Shown piece by piece: positions 18,906 to 29,500 of a stretch of DNA of 64,000 nt. The position numbers and the translations under genes were made by a program. Origin of the DNA: Cyanobacteria bacterium HKST-UBA04 (GTDB lineage Bacteria > Cyanobacteriota > Vampirovibrionia > Vampirovibrionales > JAGQHJ01). Positions within the stretch are counted from its first letter, which is position 1. Every line of letters begins with the position of its first letter. The stretch lies in NCBI GenBank assembly GCA_020431915.1, contig JAGQHJ010000001.1, forward strand, positions 23,044 to 87,043. The letters are read 5' to 3'. Below the pieces are notes generated by a model. It was not told the DNA's origin. It made no database searches and worked only from the letters and a program-made list of their open reading frames with translations.

Positions 18906-20432
18906 GTGGATACCCCCAACCCCACCTCCCCCGTTAAAACCAGCGATACCCTCGACGAAAAAACCGGCATCGACCGGATTCGAGAAACCCGGCTGGAAAA
19001 AGCACAGCAGTTGCAGGCACAGGGTATTAATCCCTACCCCTACACTTTTGACAAAACCCATACCAACCAGGGCCTTCAGGATCACTATGCCGAACTGCCG
19101 GACGGAACCGAGCTGGAAGACACGGTACAGGTAGCCGGCCGTATTATGGCCCTGCGCAACAGCGGCATGTTTATTGATTTAATGGACGACACGGGCAAGC
19201 TGCAACTGTTTTGCCACAAGGAAAACCTCAGCCCGGAACAGATGGGGATCGTCAAGCTGCTGGACGTTGGCGACATGGTGGGGGCCACAGGAACCATTCG
19301 CCGCACCCCCCGTGGCGAACTGTCAATCAAGGCCAAGAACCTGACCGTGTTGTGCAAGTCGCTGCGGCCGCTGCCCGAAAAGTACCATGGCCTGACGGAT
19401 GTGGAAACGCGCTACCGGCAGCGCTACCTGGATTTGATCATGAACCAGGACAGCCGCCAAACCTTGCGCAAACGAAGCGAAATTGTCACCGCCATCCGAC
19501 AGTTTTTCGTGTCCCAGGGCTTTATGGAAGTAGAAACCCCAATTCTACAAGCCATTGCCGGAGGGGCTGCGGCACGGCCTTTCATTACCCACCACAACAC
19601 GCTGGACATGGACATGTACCTGCGCATTGCCCCCGAGCTGTTTTTGAAACGCCTGGTTGTCGGGGGACTCAGCGAAAAGGTATTTGAGCTGAACCGTAAC
19701 TTCCGAAACGAAGGCATTTCGCCCAAGCACAACCCGGAATTTACGATGCTCGAAGCCTACCAGGCCTACGCCGATTACCACGACATGATGGATCTGACCG
19801 AGACCATGGTCACGACCGTCGCCGAGCAGGTTTTTGGCACACTTACCTTCACCTTCGGCGAAAACGAACTGGACTTGCGCCGCCCCTGGAAACGGCTCAC
19901 CATGATTGAAGGGGTACGCGAAGCCACCGGCCTCGATTTTGATCAGATTGGCACCGTGGAAGCGGCCCGTCAGGCAGCCAAACAGGTACACGTAGCCGTT
20001 GAAGACTATTTTGGCTGGGGAAAAATCCTGGAGGCCATTTTCGAAGAAAAAGTAGAGCATACCCTGATTCAGCCGGTCCATGTGATTGACTACCCCAAGG
20101 AAACCTCGCCGCTGGCCAAGGTACACCGTAGCGATGCCCGCCTTGTGGAGCGCTTTGAAACCCGTATTAACGGCTGGGAAATTGCCAACGCCTTCTCCGA
20201 GCTCAGCGACCCCGTGGATCAGCTGGCCCGCTTCGAGGCCCAGCTAAAAGACCGCGAAGGTGGTGACGACGAGGCCCATGGCATGGACGAGGATTACGTG
20301 ACGGCACTCGAATACGGCCTGCCACCCACCGGTGGGCTGGGCATCGGTATTGATCGCCTGATTATGCTGTTAACCAATTCACCTAATATTCGCGATGTCA
20401 TTGCGTTTCCAACCATGCGTCCACGCGACTGA
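18906..20432 (+). CDS. lysS: Lysine-tRNA ligase, class II
   Basis: RQRYLDL, EVETPILQ, YLRIAPELFLKRL, FRNEGISPKHNPEFTMLE, GLGIGIDRL. GTG start. Confidence 0.98.
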   Translation: MDTPNPTSPVKTSDTLDEKTGIDRIRETRLEKAQQLQAQGINPYPYTFDKTHTNQGLQDHYAELPDGTELEDTVQVAGRIMALRNSGMFIDLMDDTGKLQLFCHKENLSPEQMGIVKLLDVGDMVGATGTIRRTPRGELSIKAKNLTVLCKSLRPLPEKYHGLTDVETRYRQRYLDLIMNQDSRQTLRKRSEIVTAIRQFFVSQGFMEVETPILQAIAGGAAARPFITHHNTLDMDMYLRIAPELFLKRLVVGGLSEKVFELNRNFRNEGISPKHNPEFTMLEAYQAYADYHDMMDLTETMVTTVAEQVFGTLTFTFGENELDLRRPWKRLTMIEGVREATGLDFDQIGTVEAARQAAKQVHVAVEDYFGWGKILEAIFEEKVEHTLIQPVHVIDYPKETSPLAKVHRSDARLVERFETRINGWEIANAFSELSDPVDQLARFEAQLKDREGGDDEAHGMDEDYVTALEYGLPPTGGLGIGIDRLIMLLTNSPNIRDVIAFPTMRPRD

Positions 20433-20644
20433 TCGACCCGAATAGCCCACCCTACCGGCTACAAGCCGCCCGCGTTTCCTTCTGCCCTACCAAAGCGCGG
20501 GGCAAATCGCATGCCGGTTATTTATATAACTTAACAAAGGGTCGGTTTTAGGCAATCGACGCATGGATATATTTTTTATATATATAGCTTCGTATGGTTT
20601 GAACGCCACTTTGACACGCAACTTAGGGATGATGGACGACACCT

Positions 20645-21343
20645 ATGGCATTAAATGTAAGCACCCCCCAACTGGCCAACCTGTTTAGCTCGGTACCGGT
20701 TAACCGCCAGACCTCGGCCATTGCCGCCCTGACGCTGCAGGACATGGCCAAGAACAACCTCGTTAAGGCCCAAGGTGCCCGAAATGTAAGCTTTTACGGC
20801 AATGCCTTCGAATTTCAGGCTAATGCCAACGTGCTTAACGACACCGCAAACCTGTTTGCCACACTGGCGGTTCGTCCCCAGCTTTTCAACCGGATGGCCG
20901 GAGCCGACGGCTTTTTGTCCTTCCAGGAACTCAACACCGCCGCCTCCATTGACGGCCAGGAAGGCTTATCCAGCTTTGACTTACAACGAATTAGCCCGGA
21001 AACGTACAACCCCAACCAGCCGGTAAGCCGTTACCAGCTTGAAACCATCGCCTATGGCGGCCCTGTCGGCGGCTATGGCAGTGGTTATAGCAGTGGTTTT
21101 GGCGGTGTCGGCAGTGTCGGTAGTTTCAACGGCGGCTTTGCCAACAGTTTTATCAACCCCTATCAGGGTTTAGGTCAAGGTTTAAGCCAGGGGTTTCAGA
21201 GCGTTCAGGGTCAGAGCCCCTACGGCCTGATGCAACCCCCCGTATTTTCGGCTCAAATCAACCCCTATCAGAACCTTGCAGCCCAGCCGTCCCTCGGCTA
21301 TGGCGGCTTTCCCCCCGGCATGACAGCCGGTTTCGGGTTTTAA
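20645..21343 (+). CDS. Hypothetical protein with EF-hand-like motifs and Gly/Tyr/Gln-rich C-terminus
   Basis: AGADGFLSFQEL and SIDGQEGLSSFDL loops, then a GGYGSGYSSGFGG low-complexity tail. Followed by a terminator. Confidence 0.7.
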   Translation: MALNVSTPQLANLFSSVPVNRQTSAIAALTLQDMAKNNLVKAQGARNVSFYGNAFEFQANANVLNDTANLFATLAVRPQLFNRMAGADGFLSFQELNTAASIDGQEGLSSFDLQRISPETYNPNQPVSRYQLETIAYGGPVGGYGSGYSSGFGGVGSVGSFNGGFANSFINPYQGLGQGLSQGFQSVQGQSPYGLMQPPVFSAQINPYQNLAAQPSLGYGGFPPGMTAGFGF

Positions 21344-21401
21344 GATCCCCCCAGTTCGCTTAATTCGGTTATCATAACAGCCGTTTTAGTGCGTTTCACC
21401 T

Positions 21402-21441
21402 AAAACACCGGTCGTGCCTCATTTGGGCGGCCGGTGTTTTT
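21402..21441 (+). terminator. Intrinsic terminator
   Basis: AAAACACCGGTCG...CGGCCGGTGTTTTT inverted repeat ending in a T-tract, downstream of the 20645 gene. Confidence 0.75.
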
Positions 21442-21626
21442 CTACCACCTCGCTTTCCTGCAAAACGGCTTGGGTAATGGGTTTAGGCCGGTCGACACAA
21501 CGGGTCGACCCAAGGGGGCACTTCGTCGTATGATGATAGACCGTTTTTGGCGCGTCGTTGTCATTGTCTCGCATTGCCCGGCTACGCCTGGCCTGGCCAA
21601 AACACCCCAGCCGCTTTAGCTTTGTC

Positions 21627-23171
21627 ATGGATAGACCCGTCCCCCCCCTACATTTTCCGGCCGGCCGGCCTGCAGCCAGGCCGTGGCATGCGGCCCTACT
21701 GGCCGGATGTGTTCTGTTGTCTTGCACGACACCAGTCACTTTCGCCGAGACACCGCCCTCTGCACGCCCGTCAACGCAGCTGCTTAAGGTGCACGAAACC
21801 GTTGAGGAATTAAGCCTGGAGGCCGATGAACCCCAGGCGGCCATTGCCGACGACACCACGCTGGGGGCCGTGTCGGTTGAGGTGCTGAAGTCCGGCCTGT
21901 CCAAGACCGTCACCTCCGAGTTTACCCTGGAAGAAGCGTTGGCCATGGCCCTGGAGGCCAACCTGGCCATTAAGCGCCAAGAAGCGGTTACCCGGCAGGC
22001 CAAGGCCCAGTACTATACCAAAATGGCCGCCCTGCTGCCGGACATCGAGACCTCCTTCAGCCGCGATTACTTCCACGGACCCATCCAGATATTTGGCAAC
22101 CGCAACATCGACATCAGCCGTCAAATCGAGCAACCCGCCCTGCTGTTCCGCTTCCCGGTCTTTCGCGGCGGTCGGGACTTCTTCCAGATGCGCGCAGCCA
22201 AGCACAGCCTGAATGCGCAACAAGCCGTCGAAGCCGGGCAACAGCAGGCCGTGCTGCAGCAAACCGCCGCCCAGTTCTACGAACTGAAGCGCCAGCTGGC
22301 ACAGGTTAAAATTGCCCAGAAACAGCGCGACGAAGTCGAAGAAACCCTGCGCATCAACGAGGCCCGTATGGAAGCCGGCCTCGGCACCCGCCTGGAAGTA
22401 GCCCAAACCAAGGCACAATTGGCCACAGCCAAAGCCGCCGTGCTAACCGCCATCCAGGCCGCCCAGTTTGCGGCACTGGCCCTAAACGAAACCCTGAATC
22501 TGCCGGCCATCGTCGACGTGGTGCCCGCCAACGAAACCGACCTGACTCTGAAGCGACTGATAACCACCGACAAAAACGTACCCGAACTGGTGGCCGTGGC
22601 CACCGAGAACCGGCAAGAGATACAGGCACTGGACAAAGAGATTGCCGCCCTCAAGCAGTTGCGCAGAATCGCCCTATCGGCGATTCTGCCAGAGGTGACG
22701 GTCGAGGTAGGTGTCGGCTTAAGCGGGCCCACCGTAAGCCGAGCCCAGCCCTATGATTCGCAAAGCTACGGGGCCACCATGAAATTTACCGATCTGGGCT
22801 TGCCCGTATTGACCGGCCTGAAGCAGAACTCGGCCCAAATTGACGAAAAGCTGGCCCTGCTCGAAGCCCAACACAAGGCCATTGAAAAAGAAATTGCCCA
22901 GGCCTGGCTGGACACCCAAAACAAGGAAGCCCTGGTCGAGCAGGCCCATGCACAGATTGAAGCGGCCGCCCTGGCACAGGGCGATGCGCTGGCCCGGCTG
23001 AAACTGGGGGTTGGCCGAAACATCGACGTACTGGATGCCGAAACCCGCCTGAACGAAGCCCGTCAAAATTATGTGGCCGCCGTAATGCAGTACAACCAAG
23101 CCCATGTTAACTTGGTATTTGCCTTGGGCTTGGCCTCGGTTGATGCCCTAACCCATGGAGTAGCCCTGTAA
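21627..23171 (+). CDS. TolC-family outer membrane efflux protein
   Basis: FTLEEALAMALEAN, AALLPDI, repeated helical halves, GLGTRLEV and GVGRNIDVLDAE. Signal-like N-terminus; start uncertain (ORF open from 21558). Confidence 0.88.
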   Translation: MDRPVPPLHFPAGRPAARPWHAALLAGCVLLSCTTPVTFAETPPSARPSTQLLKVHETVEELSLEADEPQAAIADDTTLGAVSVEVLKSGLSKTVTSEFTLEEALAMALEANLAIKRQEAVTRQAKAQYYTKMAALLPDIETSFSRDYFHGPIQIFGNRNIDISRQIEQPALLFRFPVFRGGRDFFQMRAAKHSLNAQQAVEAGQQQAVLQQTAAQFYELKRQLAQVKIAQKQRDEVEETLRINEARMEAGLGTRLEVAQTKAQLATAKAAVLTAIQAAQFAALALNETLNLPAIVDVVPANETDLTLKRLITTDKNVPELVAVATENRQEIQALDKEIAALKQLRRIALSAILPEVTVEVGVGLSGPTVSRAQPYDSQSYGATMKFTDLGLPVLTGLKQNSAQIDEKLALLEAQHKAIEKEIAQAWLDTQNKEALVEQAHAQIEAAALAQGDALARLKLGVGRNIDVLDAETRLNEARQNYVAAVMQYNQAHVNLVFALGLASVDALTHGVAL

Positions 23172-23173
23172 GT

Positions 23174-24433
23174 ATGAGTGGATCCTATTCGGGCGGCGGT
23201 GCGCCCATTAAAAAGAAAACCCTGATTCGGCTGCTCATTGGCCTGGCGGTGCTAATGGCCGTCATTTTCGTCTGGAATTTTGTGCAAGAGGAAATGGCCA
23301 AACACACCATTGCCGCCTCGGGCACCATTGAAACCTACCCGGTGGAAGTCGGCTCGCGCCTCGGCGGCCGTATCCAAAAGCTTGACGTCAAGGAAGGGGC
23401 CAGCGTCAAGAAGGGCGACGTCCTTGTGACCCTCGATGCCTACGTGCTGCCGGCCCAGCGAATCCAGCTCGAAAGCCAACTTCATGCCGCCCAGGCCACT
23501 CTGGCCATGTTGCTCAATGGGGCGCGCCCGCAGGAAATAGCCGCTGCCAGGGCCCAATACCAGGCCTCGTTGGCACAGGCCAGCCTGGTGAGGGAAGGCG
23601 CCCGCTCGGAAGACATTGAACAGGCTGAAGCGGCTCGACGCCAGGCCGAAGCTGATTTTACCAACGTGTCTAAACGACAAAGCCGGTTTCAGGAACTGCT
23701 TAATCAACATGTGATTGCCCAGCAGGAATACGATGACGTTTGGCGAACCTTCGTGGCCGCCCGCGAGCAACTAACCAGTGCCCAGCAGCGCGAAAAGGAA
23801 TTGAAGGCCGGTAGCCGACCCCAGGAAATAACGGCGGCACAACAAGCTGCTGCGGCCAACCGAGCACAGTTTGAGTTGCTACAGGCAGGGACACGGACCG
23901 AACAAATTGACACCCAGCGGGCCCTCATTGCCCAAATTGAAGGGCAGTTGGAGGAGTTGCAAACCAACCAGGCCGAGTTGACCATTAATGCCCCGTGCAA
24001 CTGCGAAGTAAACGCCTTGCCGGTCAAGGCCGGTCAGCTGATTCTGCCCAACCAGACCATCGGAACCCTGCTGGACTTGAATGATCTGTGGGTCCAGGTC
24101 TATATCCCCGAGTCGCGCTTCGGGCTGGTGCACCCCGGCGATGAAGCCGAGGTAAGGGTAGATGCCTACCCGGACAAAGTGTTCCGGGGCCGGGTCACCC
24201 ACGTATCCAACCAGGCCGAGTTTACCCCGCGCAACGTGCAAACCGAGGAAAACCGAAGAATCCTGGTCTACGGCGTCAAGCTGGCTCTCGATAACAGCGA
24301 AGGCCTGTTGCGGCCCGGCATGCCCAGCGACGTGGTATTCCACGTCGATGCCTCAAAAAGCCACCGTCGCAGCAACGCTGACAATACAGGCACACCGCCC
24401 CTACAAACGCGGCAAGCCCCAAACGCCCCCTGA
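23174..24433 (+). CDS. HlyD-family efflux periplasmic adaptor (YbhG-like)
   Basis: N-terminal TM, ASGTIE...GGRIQKLDVKEG.SVKKGD, long coiled coil, and AEFTPRNVQTEENR...YGVK. Confidence 0.9.
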   Translation: MSGSYSGGGAPIKKKTLIRLLIGLAVLMAVIFVWNFVQEEMAKHTIAASGTIETYPVEVGSRLGGRIQKLDVKEGASVKKGDVLVTLDAYVLPAQRIQLESQLHAAQATLAMLLNGARPQEIAAARAQYQASLAQASLVREGARSEDIEQAEAARRQAEADFTNVSKRQSRFQELLNQHVIAQQEYDDVWRTFVAAREQLTSAQQREKELKAGSRPQEITAAQQAAAANRAQFELLQAGTRTEQIDTQRALIAQIEGQLEELQTNQAELTINAPCNCEVNALPVKAGQLILPNQTIGTLLDLNDLWVQVYIPESRFGLVHPGDEAEVRVDAYPDKVFRGRVTHVSNQAEFTPRNVQTEENRRILVYGVKLALDNSEGLLRPGMPSDVVFHVDASKSHRRSNADNTGTPPLQTRQAPNAP

Positions 24434-24481
24434 TCTTCCGCCCACCCAATAAACCGGGCATGCCAAAAATCCCCCCTCCCT

Positions 24482-25540
24482 ATGACTACATCACACACCA
24501 CAACCCTAACCCTGCCGTCCACCCACCAGGCCATTCCCCCTGAGGCGGTACCGGAAAAAACCATCGAGCTGCTTAACCTGAACAAGCGCTTTGGCAATAA
24601 GCAGGCTGTTTTCAACCTGTCCTTCAACGTGGAGCGGGGCAGCATTTTCGGCTTCCTCGGCCCCAACGGCTCGGGCAAATCGACCACCATCAAAATGATG
24701 TGCGGCCTGCTGCAACCCTCGGCCGGCGAGATAAAACTGTTGGGGCGCAACATCAAGACCGACATCCACCTCATCCGCCAGCACATCGGTTATATGTCGC
24801 AGCAGTTCGGCCTGTATCCCGACCTGACCGTCATGCAGAACCTGAGGTTCTACGCCGGGTTGTACGGGGTACGGGGCAAACTCTTCGACGAACGCCTGGC
24901 CGAGGTCATGGCCCTGACCAACATTGAACCCTACCTGAAATTTCGTGCCGGCCACCTGTCCGGCGGCTGGAAGCAACGGCTGGCCCTGGGCTGCGCCATT
25001 ATCCACAAGCCCTACGTCATTTTCCTCGACGAGCCCACGGCCGGTATCGACCCGGTTGCCCGGCGCGACTTGTGGGATTTGCTGTTCGATCTCTCCAGCC
25101 AAGGAGTCACGCTGTTTGTAACCACACACTACATGGACGAAGCCGAACGCTGCCACAAGGTGGGCTACATCTACGAAGGGCAGCTCATTGCCTTTGGCAC
25201 CAGCGACGAACTGCGCAAGCTCGACAGCGTTAACCCCGACAACTCACGGCGCCTGATGCTGCTGTGTGATCCGTTGATGAAAGCCTACCGCGACCTGAAT
25301 CATGTGGCACACATTCTGGACGTCACCATTTTCGGCAACGAACTGCACCTGCTGCTGGACAACAGCTGGGACGAGACCCAACTGGCCAGCTGGTTAACCG
25401 AGCGCGGTTTCGAAATACACCAGCTCAAGCCCATCGAACCCTCCCTTGAAGACGTGTTTGTCGCCCTGACCCAGGCAGCCCAGCGCCGCCAACTGACTGG
25501 CGAACCACGGGGCGAAGGAGCGTCAATTCCCCATGATTAA
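24482..25540 (+). CDS. ABC transporter ATP-binding protein (YbhF/CcmA-like)
   Basis: GPNGSGKSTT, LSGGWKQRLALG, FLDEPTAGIDP, TTHYMDEAE. Confidence 0.94.
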   Translation: MTTSHTTTLTLPSTHQAIPPEAVPEKTIELLNLNKRFGNKQAVFNLSFNVERGSIFGFLGPNGSGKSTTIKMMCGLLQPSAGEIKLLGRNIKTDIHLIRQHIGYMSQQFGLYPDLTVMQNLRFYAGLYGVRGKLFDERLAEVMALTNIEPYLKFRAGHLSGGWKQRLALGCAIIHKPYVIFLDEPTAGIDPVARRDLWDLLFDLSSQGVTLFVTTHYMDEAERCHKVGYIYEGQLIAFGTSDELRKLDSVNPDNSRRLMLLCDPLMKAYRDLNHVAHILDVTIFGNELHLLLDNSWDETQLASWLTERGFEIHQLKPIEPSLEDVFVALTQAAQRRQLTGEPRGEGASIPHD

Positions 25541-26693
25541 CTTTTTTGAGCGCTTGAAAGAGTGGACGGTTAACCAGGTTTGGCCTGTGGCCTACAAAGA
25601 ATTCGTGCACATGATCAACGATGCCAGCACCCTGCGCATCGCCTTGCTGCTGCCAACCTTTCAGCTCATCTTTTTTGGCTATGCCATTAACCTCGACGTA
25701 ACCAACATCGCCACGGTCATCTACAACCAAGACCGCCGCCCGGCATCGTACGAACTGGTGCACAAGCTCGTGGCCACCTCCTACTTCAACATCAAGGAAG
25801 AGGTGTTTTCCAAGGACGACGCGCTGGCCGCCATTCGCCGGGGCAAAGCACAGGTAGCCGTTATCATTCCGCCCGACTATGCCACCAACATCGATTTCGG
25901 CCGCCAGGCCACGTTCCAGGTGTTGGTTGACGGTAGCCAATCGAGCATTGCCACACAGGTGATGGCCGCTGCCGTGCAACTGGGTGGAAAGATTTCGCAG
26001 GACGTGGCCAGCAAACGCCAACTGGGGGCCTCTTCCGTAAGCCGGAAAAACCCCGTGGAAGCCAAGCCCCACGTGTTATACAACCCCGACCTGATCACCG
26101 CCCGCTTTACCATTCCAGGCCTGCTGGCCATTGTATTGCTCAATGTGACCCTCTTCCTCACCACGTTCTCGCTGGTCAAGGAACGGGAACAAGGCACCAT
26201 GGACCAGTTGCTGGTTACCCCGCTACAGCCCTCCGGGCTGCTGGTCGGCAAAATGGTACCCTACGTAGGCCTGGGGCTTTTTGATTTCAACCTCGTGGTC
26301 GTCGCAATGATTGTCATCTTCAAAGTGCCCATCCATGGCAGTTTTTTCCTCATGCAGGTCTTTGCCCTGCTCTTCCTGATTTCGGTACTGGGCACAGGGC
26401 TGCTGATTTCCACCCGAAGCCAGACCCAGATGGGGGCGGCCCAAACGGCCGGTCTGGTAGTACTGCCGTCCATCCTGTTGTCGGGCTTTGTTTTCTCCAT
26501 TGATGCGATGCCCCCCATCATGCAGTTCTTCAGCTACCTGATCCCCACCACCTATTTCATCTCCTCCCTTCGCGCCATTATTCTACGCGGGGCCAGCTTC
26601 TTCGAACTGCTACCGGCCACCGGCATGCTGCTGCTGCTCGGGTTCATCCTGGTGTCGGCCGCCATCAAATCCTTCAAGCGCAAGCTCGGCTAA
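25533..26693 (+). CDS. ABC-2 type permease (YbhS/R-like)
   Basis: VKEREQGTMDQLLVTPL, LSGFVFSIDAMP and six TM segments. 8-nt overlap with the ATPase gene. Confidence 0.92.
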   Translation: MINFFERLKEWTVNQVWPVAYKEFVHMINDASTLRIALLLPTFQLIFFGYAINLDVTNIATVIYNQDRRPASYELVHKLVATSYFNIKEEVFSKDDALAAIRRGKAQVAVIIPPDYATNIDFGRQATFQVLVDGSQSSIATQVMAAAVQLGGKISQDVASKRQLGASSVSRKNPVEAKPHVLYNPDLITARFTIPGLLAIVLLNVTLFLTTFSLVKEREQGTMDQLLVTPLQPSGLLVGKMVPYVGLGLFDFNLVVVAMIVIFKVPIHGSFFLMQVFALLFLISVLGTGLLISTRSQTQMGAAQTAGLVVLPSILLSGFVFSIDAMPPIMQFFSYLIPTTYFISSLRAIILRGASFFELLPATGMLLLLGFILVSAAIKSFKRKLG

Positions 26694-26726
26694 CCCCACA
26701 CACGCCGATCACCGCCGTTTTTCGAC

Positions 26727-29351
26727 TTACAACAGGTTTAACGCATCCACGTCGAGCAGACAGCGCACCCCGTCGGAAGGGGTGATGGTGCGGTAGTAGT
26801 CGGTCATCAGGTCGTGGCCTGGCTGGCCCAGCATATTTTTTACCAGCAGATGCAGCCGGTAATACCCCCGCACCCGACCCACCGCGCAAGGGCTGGGTCC
26901 CAGCAACCGCACCGCCTGTGGATCAATCCCTTCGCGCTCCAGCCTGTGGCGAAGCCCCAGCGCCAGGGTTTGCATAAAGGCATGGGCCTGGGCTTCCTCT
27001 TGCGAGCTGACCACCCACCGGAACAACTGGCTGAACGGCGGAAAAGCAAAGAGCTTGCGGCGGGCCAGTTCATCCTCGTAGAACCCCAGAAAGTCCTGCC
27101 CGGCTGCCCGCCTAATAACCGGATGCTCGGGCTGGGTGGTCTGGATGATGACCAGACCCGGCAAGTCACCCCGGCCAGCCCGGCCGGCTACTTGTGTCAG
27201 CATCTGGAACGTTCGCTCCTCGCTGACGTAATCGGGTAGCCCCAGCATGCGATCAATCCCAATGACCCCGACCAGGGTGGTATTGGGAATGTCGAGGCCC
27301 TTGGCAATCATTTGCGTACCTACCAAAATATCGGCCTCGCCCCGTTCAAAGGCACCAATAATGCGCTGGTGGGCATCGCGGTGCTGCATGGCATCACCAT
27401 CCAGCCGCAAAATACGCGCCGACGGGTAAAGCTTGCCCAGCTCGTTCTCCAACCGCTGTGTACCCAGACCGCCAAAGGAGAGGTTGTCGCTGGCACAGTC
27501 GCGGCAGTTTGTCGGGGCCTTGGCCTGCCAGCCGCAGTAGTGGCAGCGCACCACATCCAGGGCCTTGTGCACCGTCACGGCCACATCGCACTGGGGACAC
27601 TGGGCCAGATGCCCGCAGGTCTGGCATTCAACCAGGGTATAAAATCCGCGCCGGTTCAGGCACAACATGGTTTGCTGGCGATTGGCCAGATTAGCCAAAA
27701 TGGCTTCGTGCAACGGGGGCCGAATCACCCCGCCCGGCAACAGCGGCCGGTGCAACTGGTTGGGCACGACATGCACCTGGGCCAGGGCACGCTGGCCAAA
27801 GCGTTGAGACAGGGTGACCACATGGCCTTCGGCCAGGCCACGATGGTATTGAGTCACGGCAGGCGTGGCGCTCCCCAGAACCACCAAGGCACCGCGTTGC
27901 CGGGCCCGTTGTTCCGCCAGCACCCGCGCATCGTAGCGCGGATCGGGCTGATCCTGCTTGAAGCTGCTTTCATGGGCCTCATCGATAACCACCAGGCCCA
28001 GACGTTGCATGGGCAAAAACACGGCCGAGCGGGCCCCGATGGCCACGGTGGCCTGGCCACTCTGGAGACGATGCCAGGCATCCACCCGTTCGCCTTCGCT
28101 CATTTGGCTGTGCCAAATACAGACCGACGACAGGCCAAACCGGTTGATGACGCGGCGGGCCAAGTGGGCGGTCAGGGAAATTTCGGGGACCAGAATCAAC
28201 ACCGACTCGCCACGGGCCAGGCTGGCTTGGGCCAGGGCCATGTAGACCTCGGTTTTGCCGGATCCGGTCACCCCGTAGCACACCTGTACAGAGGCCTGTC
28301 CGGCCTGTACAGAGGCCTGTCCGGCTTGTATCGGGTCCGGTTTTGCTTGCAAAAGCCGGGTAACGGCAGCCTGCTGACTTTCAGACAGGGTTACCGGCGA
28401 ACGATCCGAGTCGGGAGGCCGGTTGACAGGGGCATCGGGGAACTGCCTGCTCAGCCAGGCCATGTCGCGCCAGGCCGGGCATTCCTTGAGGGTAATGGCG
28501 CCCGTGCCTGCCAGCTTGCGCAGCGTGGCCGGCGTGGTACCAACGGTCTTGGCGGCCTGGGCGGCATCGATCAGCCCCATGGCCAACCCCTCTGGTAATG
28601 CGGCCAATTGATCAAACACCGCCCGTTGCCGCTTGCTCAGCCCGTCGGCCTGTTGGGCATCAAGCGCCGTAATAACCGTCCGGGTGGGGACGGCCATGGC
28701 CTGGGTGGTTTCATAGTGAAGCCTAACCCAGCCCAGCCGGGCCAGGCGCTGCACCAGTTGTTTGCACCGACCCAGTTTTAATGTCAGCTTTCTGGCCAAC
28801 CCACGAAGCGAGACCACCTGCGAGGCCGTGGCGTCGATATACTCCCAGCACCGGGCCAAGTCGCCGGTCAGCACCACATTGTCCAGCTTGGGGTTGACCA
28901 CCAGTTGCTCCACCATCCAGCGGCCCTGGCTGACCATACGAGCCGGCAAGGCCGTTTCGAGCACCACCAGAGGTGCTACGCCATAGTACTGGCTAACCTC
29001 GAAAATCCAGTCCCTATAATTGGCATCAAACAACGGGGTATTCGTATCAGACAATGAGGCCGCCACGGATTTGAGGGGCGGATCATCGGGGCTTGGGCCG
29101 CGAAGCGCCGTAACATACCCTACCTGCTGACCCTTGCCAAAGGGCACCAGCACCGGCAGGCCCACGACCAGTACCTGTTCCAGAAAACCGGGGACACGGT
29201 AAGAGAAGACCCCGTTACCTTGCTGGCTGCCATGAACCGTCACCAGCACCTCGGCCACCTGCCCAACCGGCTCAGCCTGAGCCAGGTCTGGACTAGAGTC
29301 AGGCCCTGATGGGTTCAATAAATCAAGCTGCGTCGTCATCTGGCAGTGCAT
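26727..29351 (-). CDS. priA: Primosomal protein N' (replication restart helicase)
   Basis: GVTGSGKTEVY, LVPEISLT, IDEAHESSFKQ, GSATP, LNRRGF, CxxC zinc motifs, GTQMIAKGLD, QVAGRAGR. Confidence 0.95.
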   Translation of the reverse strand: MHCQMTTQLDLLNPSGPDSSPDLAQAEPVGQVAEVLVTVHGSQQGNGVFSYRVPGFLEQVLVVGLPVLVPFGKGQQVGYVTALRGPSPDDPPLKSVAASLSDTNTPLFDANYRDWIFEVSQYYGVAPLVVLETALPARMVSQGRWMVEQLVVNPKLDNVVLTGDLARCWEYIDATASQVVSLRGLARKLTLKLGRCKQLVQRLARLGWVRLHYETTQAMAVPTRTVITALDAQQADGLSKRQRAVFDQLAALPEGLAMGLIDAAQAAKTVGTTPATLRKLAGTGAITLKECPAWRDMAWLSRQFPDAPVNRPPDSDRSPVTLSESQQAAVTRLLQAKPDPIQAGQASVQAGQASVQVCYGVTGSGKTEVYMALAQASLARGESVLILVPEISLTAHLARRVINRFGLSSVCIWHSQMSEGERVDAWHRLQSGQATVAIGARSAVFLPMQRLGLVVIDEAHESSFKQDQPDPRYDARVLAEQRARQRGALVVLGSATPAVTQYHRGLAEGHVVTLSQRFGQRALAQVHVVPNQLHRPLLPGGVIRPPLHEAILANLANRQQTMLCLNRRGFYTLVECQTCGHLAQCPQCDVAVTVHKALDVVRCHYCGWQAKAPTNCRDCASDNLSFGGLGTQRLENELGKLYPSARILRLDGDAMQHRDAHQRIIGAFERGEADILVGTQMIAKGLDIPNTTLVGVIGIDRMLGLPDYVSEERTFQMLTQVAGRAGRGDLPGLVIIQTTQPEHPVIRRAAGQDFLGFYEDELARRKLFAFPPFSQLFRWVVSSQEEAQAHAFMQTLALGLRHRLEREGIDPQAVRLLGPSPCAVGRVRGYYRLHLLVKNMLGQPGHDLMTDYYRTITPSDGVRCLLDVDALNLL
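28283..28324. repeat. In-frame 21-bp tandem duplication in priA
   Basis: CCTGTACAGAGGCCTGTCCGG x2, encoding QAGQASV twice just before Walker A. Confidence 0.9.
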
Positions 29352-29500
29352 CCACCCTCTCTAGGGCCTGGTGTGTGCAGAGGTTACCTGCTCTCAACCC
29401 CTTGTGCACTCGGGTTCATAAAGCCCGTGTTACCTGGCTGGCCGGTAAAGAAAAGGCTTTTGTTATCTAAACCCAGAGCACGCGCCAAGCCGCACAACAC

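Noticed and set aside
20468-20503. Hairpin after lysS as a terminator
   Set aside because: Imperfect stem with a large loop and no following T-tract.
21627-26693. TolC-HlyD-ABC cluster as a type I protein secretion system for the orphan proteins
   Set aside because: A separate ATPase plus ABC-2 permease with a YbhG-like adaptor is the drug/lipid efflux architecture, not the fused HlyB type.
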